A stretch of DNA of 64,000 nucleotides from a bacterium (GTDB lineage: Bacteria > Patescibacteriota > Dojkabacteria > SC72). Position 1 is the stretch's first letter. Every line of letters starts with the position of its first letter. This document shows, one piece after another, positions 58,112 through 64,000 of this stretch. Position numbers and translations under genes: made by a program. The stretch covers positions 201,799 to 265,798 of the forward strand of contig JAJTYH010000002.1 of assembly GCA_021463465.1 (NCBI GenBank), written 5' to 3'. The notes under the pieces are model-generated. The model searched no databases, had not been told where the DNA came from, and was given only the letters and a program-made list of their open reading frames with translations.

Positions 58112-58471
58112 TTACATCCAAACAGTGTCGTCACCTTCTCCTGGTTTATCTATTTTGAAGACCACAAGCTTAAACTCCTTATCAGTTCTATTCCACAAAT
58201 AATGCCTATCACCAGGTTCGCATACAAAAGCATCGCCTGGAACGGCAATATGTTCAGTATCATTTATGTAGATTGAGCATTCACCTTCAAGGATATAGAA
58301 AATCTCAGTTTGAGCGTTGTGATAATGGGCTCTCTGCTTAGTATTTGCTGGAATGGCAACAACTTGAAGCAGGTGACCTTCTCCAGGTAGCTCAGTATTT
58401 CCAAAGATAATAGCCTTGGAATAATCCTTTTTAATCTCTGGGGAAATTTCTGAAAGCTTTTTCTTTTTCAT
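58112..58471 (-). CDS. Cupin domain protein
   Basis: HYHNAQTEIFYILEG...PGDRHYLWN. Confidence 0.9.
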   Translation of the reverse strand: MKKKKLSEISPEIKKDYSKAIIFGNTELPGEGHLLQVVAIPANTKQRAHYHNAQTEIFYILEGECSIYINDTEHIAVPGDAFVCEPGDRHYLWNRTDKEFKLVVFKIDKPGEGDDTVWM

Positions 58472-58491
58472 AAACCTAAAGATTCTAAACA

Positions 58492-58578
58492 CGGAGAGAC
58501 AGGGATTCGAACCCTGGATGGAGTTTCCCCCATAACGGTTTTCAAGACCGTCCCATTCAGCCTCTCTGGCATCTCTCC
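58492..58578 (-). tRNA. tRNA-Ser(TGA), CCA not encoded
   Basis: Acceptor GGAGAGA/TCTCTCC plus G73, anticodon arm ACGGT-CT-TGA-AA-ACCGT, long variable arm, GGTTCGAATCC. Confidence 0.96.
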
Positions 58579-58615
58579 AAACGTGTGATATTTTAGCAAA
58601 AACCTAATTATTAGG

Positions 58616-59407
58616 CTACAAAGCGATATCTGAAATATCCGGAGCGGCTCCCCCCCACCTTTCCGCTAATTCTTTTATCGCCCCAGCTTTCCATTCCCTA
58701 CGATTAAATAATTTCCTTCCTTGTGCCCTTAGGGCTAATTCTACCGAAGAAGCAAACTTAACATCTCTACCCAGATCTTTAGCACCAACGATACACCTTG
58801 TTCCTGTATCAGCGATGAACGCATGCTGCATTACTCTATTTTGAGAATTTGCGCCATCACCTTCTGCAAAAGTAATTTCTGTATTTGGAAACAGTATTGA
58901 ATCTGGTACTTTATTTGTAATTGGAAGTACTATACCTCCGTTATCTCCATTTGGATGGATTGATTGAATCAAATCTTTTAATGGTTTGACGTTGTTATGT
59001 CCATAGGGAAAAGTAAATACAGGGACTCCATTAAAAATAAAGCATCTAACAACTTCAGTATACATTAACAAACTTGGCTCTTTAACACCTCTTTTAGCTA
59101 AATCCTCAAGCAATTTAAAAACAGAAACATCCTTTTCTCTTTGAGAAACCGAGAACGGACTTACTGATAATCCCTCTACACGATTAATTTCTTCAAGTAA
59201 TGTTCGCTTATCATTAATTCGTATACCCATACTGGACTCAGGGGTGATTAATTCAACACTTACGGGAGCAACTAACCCTGTATCAACTGTAAATGTTAAC
59301 TCTGTCTGGAAGTGCTGCATTCCAGAATCTTTAGCAAACTTTGAGTCAATTCTCCTTAACTGACCATCTCCTGTACTTAAACGTTCAATAAAAGTTGAAT
59401 CAATCAT
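58616..59407 (-). CDS. Hypothetical protein
   Basis: 263-aa ORF with no recognised motif. Confidence 0.65.
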   Translation of the reverse strand: MIDSTFIERLSTGDGQLRRIDSKFAKDSGMQHFQTELTFTVDTGLVAPVSVELITPESSMGIRINDKRTLLEEINRVEGLSVSPFSVSQREKDVSVFKLLEDLAKRGVKEPSLLMYTEVVRCFIFNGVPVFTFPYGHNNVKPLKDLIQSIHPNGDNGGIVLPITNKVPDSILFPNTEITFAEGDGANSQNRVMQHAFIADTGTRCIVGAKDLGRDVKFASSVELALRAQGRKLFNRREWKAGAIKELAERWGGAAPDISDIAL

Positions 59408-59433
59408 TTAAAGATATACACAGTTAAATTTAA

Positions 59434-60411
59434 CTATTCATTAGTAAAAATCTGCCTAATAACACCCTCCAAACTCATCTCTGCAATGTCCAAATCTTCC
59501 ACTGGAAACGCCTTTAAGAGCTTAGCTGATGCATTTGCAACATCATTTCTATCTACATGTATGACACCACCTGTATCATTAAGCGATACCACTTGCCCTA
59601 TCTTCTCCAAATCTGCCCTATCAATCTTTTTACTTACAACAAAACTTATCGTTTTATACTTCACATGTTCCCTAATCAAATCAGATATTTTTCCGTCATA
59701 CATGATATGACCTCCGTCAACAATAATCACTCTCTTACATAATTCCTTAACGTCATCCATATTGTGGCTAGTCAAAATGACAGTAGTACCGAACTTCTGA
59801 TTATATTCTTTGAAGAAGATTCTAAGTCTTCTTTGCATTACTACATCAAGTCCAATAGTAGGCTCATCTAAAAACACTACACTCGGTGCATGTAATAGCG
59901 CAGAAACCAACTCACATTTCATTCTTTGACCCAGAGAAAGTTTTCTAACAGGGATATTAACTACTCTCCCAAGAGAGAGAAGATCTATAAGTTCATCAAT
60001 CTTGTTTTTAAAATCCTGTTCATCAACTTCATAAATCTCTTTATTCAACAAAAAAGAATCATAAGCAGGTAAATCCCACCAGAGTTGATTCTTCTGCCCC
60101 ATTACTAGTGAAATTTTCTTCAAGAAGCTGCGCTCACGATGCCATGGCGTATGCCCTAAAACACCCACTTCACCAGATGTAGGATAAAGGAGACCTGAAA
60201 GACACTTCAAAGTGGTCGTCTTACCTGCCCCATTTGGACCGATAAAGCCAACAAACTCACCTTTTTGTATTTCAAAAGAGATATCATTTACAGCTTGAAT
60301 TTCTGAGTAATCTCGGGAAAAAAGACTTTTGACTGAGCCGAGTAACCCTGGCTCCTTTTTATATACTTTAAAGTACTTCCTCAACCTTTTTACTGAGACC
60401 ACTGGCGACAT
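59434..60411 (-). CDS. ABC-2-type transporter ATP-binding protein
   Basis: GPNGAGKTT, LSLGQRM, FLDEPTIGLD, LTSH; likely start MSPVV. Confidence 0.95.
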   Translation of the reverse strand: MSPVVSVKRLRKYFKVYKKEPGLLGSVKSLFSRDYSEIQAVNDISFEIQKGEFVGFIGPNGAGKTTTLKCLSGLLYPTSGEVGVLGHTPWHRERSFLKKISLVMGQKNQLWWDLPAYDSFLLNKEIYEVDEQDFKNKIDELIDLLSLGRVVNIPVRKLSLGQRMKCELVSALLHAPSVVFLDEPTIGLDVVMQRRLRIFFKEYNQKFGTTVILTSHNMDDVKELCKRVIIVDGGHIMYDGKISDLIREHVKYKTISFVVSKKIDRADLEKIGQVVSLNDTGGVIHVDRNDVANASAKLLKAFPVEDLDIAEMSLEGVIRQIFTNE

Positions 60412-60474
60412 ATGAATACATTTTAGCATATCGCTGATTGACTGTACCCTTTTAAAACAATAATATTAAGACGT

Positions 60475-61689
60475 ATGAATAAACTGCTCTGTTTCTTTCT
60501 AACCTTAGTGATTTTCTCTCTGAACTTTTTGCCAGTATTTGCCGAGGATCTTAACTCTACAAACTTCAAAATTACTGGTGCGACTATGAATTCCGGAGGC
60601 GAAACTTCTCAAGCAGGTTCAGGCAACTTCAAGCTTTTAAATACAATGGGCGATTTCTCTGGCGACCCTAGAGTGCTTAGCACAAACTATCGCGCAGGAA
60701 TTGGGGAAGTAGAAATCTTTACTGCGAATGTCCCACAAATCTCATGTTTTGAAACTACAACTAGCGGATCATCATCTTGTACCACTGGTCCTGCCTATTT
60801 AAATACTAATGGTATGGTCAGAGTGTGCGGACCAACAGGTTGTTACGATCGGGCAAGGTTTGAAATTGATTCTCAAAGTAATCCGAGTGATACCCTTTAT
60901 GCAATCCAACTCTCAACTGATAATTTTGCTTCGGATATAAGATACATAGATGGGGTTACTCATAAACCCATCACTTCGTCCAACGTAACTATTGATGATT
61001 ACTTAACGAAATCTGCTTGGGAAACTGATGCAACAAATGTGTTAGGTCTTGATGCAAGTACAACCTACAAATTGCGAGCTAAAGCGTTACACGGAGACTT
61101 TACCGAAAGTGATCCAGGTCCCAGTGCAACTGCAACTACAGCATCCGCCACGATGAGCTTTGATATTGATATTGCTGATACTACAGGCGTCTCTACAGAA
61201 TCAAGTGCGCCGTATACAGTGAATTTCAATAACAGTGACAGATTGGTACAAACAGGTCCAGCTCAAACCTCTGATGATTTGATATGGCTTGATGGTCAAA
61301 CTAATGGTTCCGGAGGGTTATCAATACTTTTCAAAGGTCAAAACGGAGGACTTAATTCCACAACAGCTTCGTATACTATTACTTCAGCGAGTGCCGATTT
61401 AGACGGAGTTGTAGAGGGTTTTGGGATTCAGAGTTACTATAAGTCGCAGCTATACGAATTAGGAAGCGGTAACGGTAGTTTGGCTACTCTTTCTGTCATT
61501 TCACCCTATAACGGAGCTGGAAATAACGTTGGAATTATCGATGCAGTTTTTAGCAAAGTGTACGAGAGCAATGGCCCAACTCATACAGGTCGGGTCGGAC
61601 TACTTCTCAAAGCTCGAGCCTCCGGCTCAGCAACCCCCGCCACAGACTACACAGAAACAGTGACAATAGTAATAGTCCCAAAGTACTAG
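60475..61689 (+). CDS. Secreted Ser/Thr/Gly-rich beta-sandwich surface protein (WxL/fimbrial-like)
   Basis: Signal peptide VFA-ED, four Cys, FN3-like GLDASTTYKLR, C-terminal strand YTETVTIVIVPKY. Confidence 0.7.
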   Translation: MNKLLCFFLTLVIFSLNFLPVFAEDLNSTNFKITGATMNSGGETSQAGSGNFKLLNTMGDFSGDPRVLSTNYRAGIGEVEIFTANVPQISCFETTTSGSSSCTTGPAYLNTNGMVRVCGPTGCYDRARFEIDSQSNPSDTLYAIQLSTDNFASDIRYIDGVTHKPITSSNVTIDDYLTKSAWETDATNVLGLDASTTYKLRAKALHGDFTESDPGPSATATTASATMSFDIDIADTTGVSTESSAPYTVNFNNSDRLVQTGPAQTSDDLIWLDGQTNGSGGLSILFKGQNGGLNSTTASYTITSASADLDGVVEGFGIQSYYKSQLYELGSGNGSLATLSVISPYNGAGNNVGIIDAVFSKVYESNGPTHTGRVGLLLKARASGSATPATDYTETVTIVIVPKY

Positions 61690-61753
61690 TGAAATTGACA
61701 CACTAGCGCAAAATATATATCCTAGTATGATTGGATAATTGACTGCTTACTTT

Positions 61754-62905
61754 ATGAGTTTACAAAAAATCAAACTGCCTAGTCAGTTCGCAAAAATTAT
61801 AATTGTCCTTGTATTTTCTGTGGGTATATTCTTGTTATCAACTCCACTCTTTTTCTCAAAAGCAAACGCGCTAACTGCTGCCTACTTCTATCTCAGCCGA
61901 ATGGCAACAAACATTAACGGCTCATCAGCTACAGTCACCTACACAATTGCAGTAGCGCCAACACAATCAATGTCTTCCAGCGGGACTGTTGCGATTATCT
62001 TTCCTGATGCGGACGATGGTAACTGGTGTAGAACAGCAGGAAGTTTAACTGTAACTGCAGTTTCATCTGCTCTTCCCGATTTGGCAAGCACTAACTGGGC
62101 TATAGACGCAAGCCTTCCTAACAACGGCTCTGCTCTTACGGCTAGCTGCGTACAAGGTTCAGGTTCAAGCTCTTTTGACACAATAACGGTATCCAATGTA
62201 GGTGCACTTACAGGTGGCACAACTTACGGCTTCAGAATTTCTAATGGAAGTTCTGCAGGTGTTGTGGGGACTGACGACACCTCTGGCACTCATACTACAA
62301 CGCTTCGAGTCCAAAGTGGAGCTACAATTGACGCCAGCACTTTTGATTTGTACCTTGTATCTACCGATTCTGTAACAGTCTCTGCTACAGTACAAGCTGT
62401 ACCAACTGTTAACTGCTCAATTAGTTCCAACTCAGTCAGTTTGGGAACTCTTTATCCCGGGGGTGCTTACTCAACAGCCACAAACACAATCACCACATCA
62501 ACTTCATCTAGTACCATTGGGTACTACTGGTCATCTTTTGGTACAGGCGATGGGAGTACAGATGCAGGTTTGTATAAATCATCTGCCACTACATATTTGA
62601 TAGCATCTACTGGTAGCTCAACTATAAACCTGTCAGGTCTGGGTACGGAAGGTTTCGGAATTACAGTCTCAGATCCTGACGCAGGTGGGGCAGCAGTCGT
62701 CCCAGCGGATTTCAGTGATGGCAGTGCCGGAACCTTTGGTGCCTTAGATCGTGATAGTACGAACGCACAATTAATTCTCTATCAAAACGGCGCACAGACA
62801 AGCCCTGACAACTCAACTGTAACTTATGGAGGTAAGGCAGGAGCATCTGCTGAAGCAGGTAGCTATTCAGAAACAGTCTACTTTGTTTGCGGTGCATACT
62901 ACTAA
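61754..62905 (+). CDS. Secreted Ser/Thr/Gly-rich surface protein (WxL/fimbrial-like)
   Basis: Signal peptide ANA-LT, VTVSATV strand, EGFGI motif shared with the previous gene, C-terminal AGSYSETVYFVCGAYY. Confidence 0.7.
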   Translation: MSLQKIKLPSQFAKIIIVLVFSVGIFLLSTPLFFSKANALTAAYFYLSRMATNINGSSATVTYTIAVAPTQSMSSSGTVAIIFPDADDGNWCRTAGSLTVTAVSSALPDLASTNWAIDASLPNNGSALTASCVQGSGSSSFDTITVSNVGALTGGTTYGFRISNGSSAGVVGTDDTSGTHTTTLRVQSGATIDASTFDLYLVSTDSVTVSATVQAVPTVNCSISSNSVSLGTLYPGGAYSTATNTITTSTSSSTIGYYWSSFGTGDGSTDAGLYKSSATTYLIASTGSSTINLSGLGTEGFGITVSDPDAGGAAVVPADFSDGSAGTFGALDRDSTNAQLILYQNGAQTSPDNSTVTYGGKAGASAEAGSYSETVYFVCGAYY

Positions 62906-62930
62906 ATCGCGGATACTTTAAAAGGTTGAA

Positions 62931-63962
62931 ATGAAAAATCTCACGCAAAAGTTATCCCTCACACTAATTATTCTAGTTTCCCTATTTGCACTATTTGCAC
63001 TATTCCCCCACCCATCCTATGCACAACAATTAGGTAATAACAGTTTGTCTCTGGGTTTTGCTCCCACTTCACAATTCCTAACTCTCTCAGCAGGCTCTAG
63101 ACACACAGGAGAGGTTACAGTATGGAATCTTTCACCTGTACCCAGAGTCTATAATGTTATCATTCGAGGTTTTAAACAGATTGAAAACTATCCAGGCACA
63201 GCTCGAATTCATTCCGAAGCAGAAGAGGAAAGAGATGTATTTAGTGCTGCAAAATGGGTCCAGATTCCTTACACTCAAGTTAACCTTATGCCCAACCAGT
63301 ACACTAAAATCCCATATGAAATAACTGTACCCGCTAATTCTGCCTCCGGTGAATTTCATGCTATGATTTTCCTAGTATCCCAAGCCCCTCATGTAGATTT
63401 GGACATTAATTCTACCTCAACATCCAACTTAGGTTCTGGTCCTGTTATTTTTGTAAAAGTGGGTGACAAGATAGTAGAGCAAGCAGAAATTGAATACTTC
63501 AGAAGCGAAAAAAGCTTTTACGAACTACCTCCGATTAGCTTTCAAACCCGATACATAAATAAGGGGAACACTCACATCACACCTGCGGGAGACATAATCA
63601 TTGAGAATTTTTTAGGACAAGAAATAGACAAAGTAACCTTCAATAGTAACCGTCAAAGTTTGTTGCGAGGAAATGCCGGCAATTATACAGACGAGTGGCA
63701 CCATCAAGGGGTCTTTTTACGAAACGGTAAGCTCGCAATCGGGCCTCTAAAAGCCCGTCTCATAACTACTTATAGATCTGAAAACCCAGGTCACGCACCA
63801 CTTAGTGCTGTTACTACCTTCTGGGTACTACCTTGGAAACATATACTAGCAATTGTATTGATTGTAGGTATAATATACAGACTTATTTCATCCTTGCGTA
63901 AGAGAAATGAACAAAAGATCCGTTCTTACGACCCTATTGCTAGTTATCCTAAGTATAACTAG
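62931..63962 (+). CDS. DUF916/DUF3324-like membrane-anchored partner of surface proteins
   Basis: Signal peptide, W..V.L.P..I.VP.N..GE.HA.I, NKGNTHITPAG, FWVLPW plus C-terminal TM. Confidence 0.65.
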   Translation: MKNLTQKLSLTLIILVSLFALFALFPHPSYAQQLGNNSLSLGFAPTSQFLTLSAGSRHTGEVTVWNLSPVPRVYNVIIRGFKQIENYPGTARIHSEAEEERDVFSAAKWVQIPYTQVNLMPNQYTKIPYEITVPANSASGEFHAMIFLVSQAPHVDLDINSTSTSNLGSGPVIFVKVGDKIVEQAEIEYFRSEKSFYELPPISFQTRYINKGNTHITPAGDIIIENFLGQEIDKVTFNSNRQSLLRGNAGNYTDEWHHQGVFLRNGKLAIGPLKARLITTYRSENPGHAPLSAVTTFWVLPWKHILAIVLIVGIIYRLISSLRKRNEQKIRSYDPIASYPKYN

Positions 63963-64000
63963 CTACCTACCAACCCCTGCAAACGCTACCAATATTACCC

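Noticed and set aside
60447-60458. Third boxA-like motif (CCTTTTAAAA)
   Set aside because: Lies within a promoter spacer, lacks the TGNT prefix, hairpin and long leader
997-63359. Numerous short antisense or overlapping ORFs in the six-frame track (e.g. 10150-10623, 34547-34954, 50764-51198)
   Set aside because: Shadows of well-supported genes on the opposite strand or frame, with no motifs or independent signals
1-64000. CRISPR array, rRNA genes, Rubisco, reverse transcriptase
   Set aside because: No regularly spaced direct repeats, rRNA signatures or the relevant protein motifs were seen

Overview
AT-rich (roughly 38% GC by eye) bacterial chromosome segment using genetic code 11. Gene content points to a Patescibacteria/CPR genome, possibly Dojkabacteria (inference): stand-alone VirD4/TrwB-like ATPase, DUF5663-like protein, AMP phosphorylase plus ribose-1,5-bisphosphate isomerase, and mostly SD-less genes with very short leaders. 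The housekeeping backbone is gyrA (5' end outside the window), yebC-ruvCAB, dnaB, rpmE-prfA-prmC, rpsF-ssb-rpsR, ychF, a CCA-adding enzyme, tRNA-Leu(CAA) and tRNA-Ser(TGA). The most striking observation is two unrelated, GC-rich ORFans (7107-7739 minus; 15665-16084 plus) in identically built, rRNA-operon-like transcription units. Each has TTGAC-N18-TATAAT, a boxB-like hairpin, a boxA-like TG(C/A)TCTTTTAAAAT, a long structured leader and a strong Shine-Dalgarno. Each also has perfect leader-trailer complementarity around the ORF; in the first unit three helices are in crossed (pseudoknot) order. These units flank or sit inside a 13-kb accessory island encoding an HEXXH membrane protein, a 1745-aa coiled-coil/glycine-zipper/EF-hand protein, a Hanks-type kinase, a PP2C-like protein and an enlarged adenylate-kinase-like protein. 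The island ends at a single Xer-type recombinase with an adjacent 11-6-11 dif-like site. Also noted: a divergent GH26/GT2 pair, a cysteine-free CsoR with its operator, a GlmL-like gene pair, a Rubisco-less AMP-salvage operon, a WxL/DUF916-like surface cluster and a frameshift in ruvA. All family calls are from motif recognition by eye; no searches were run.
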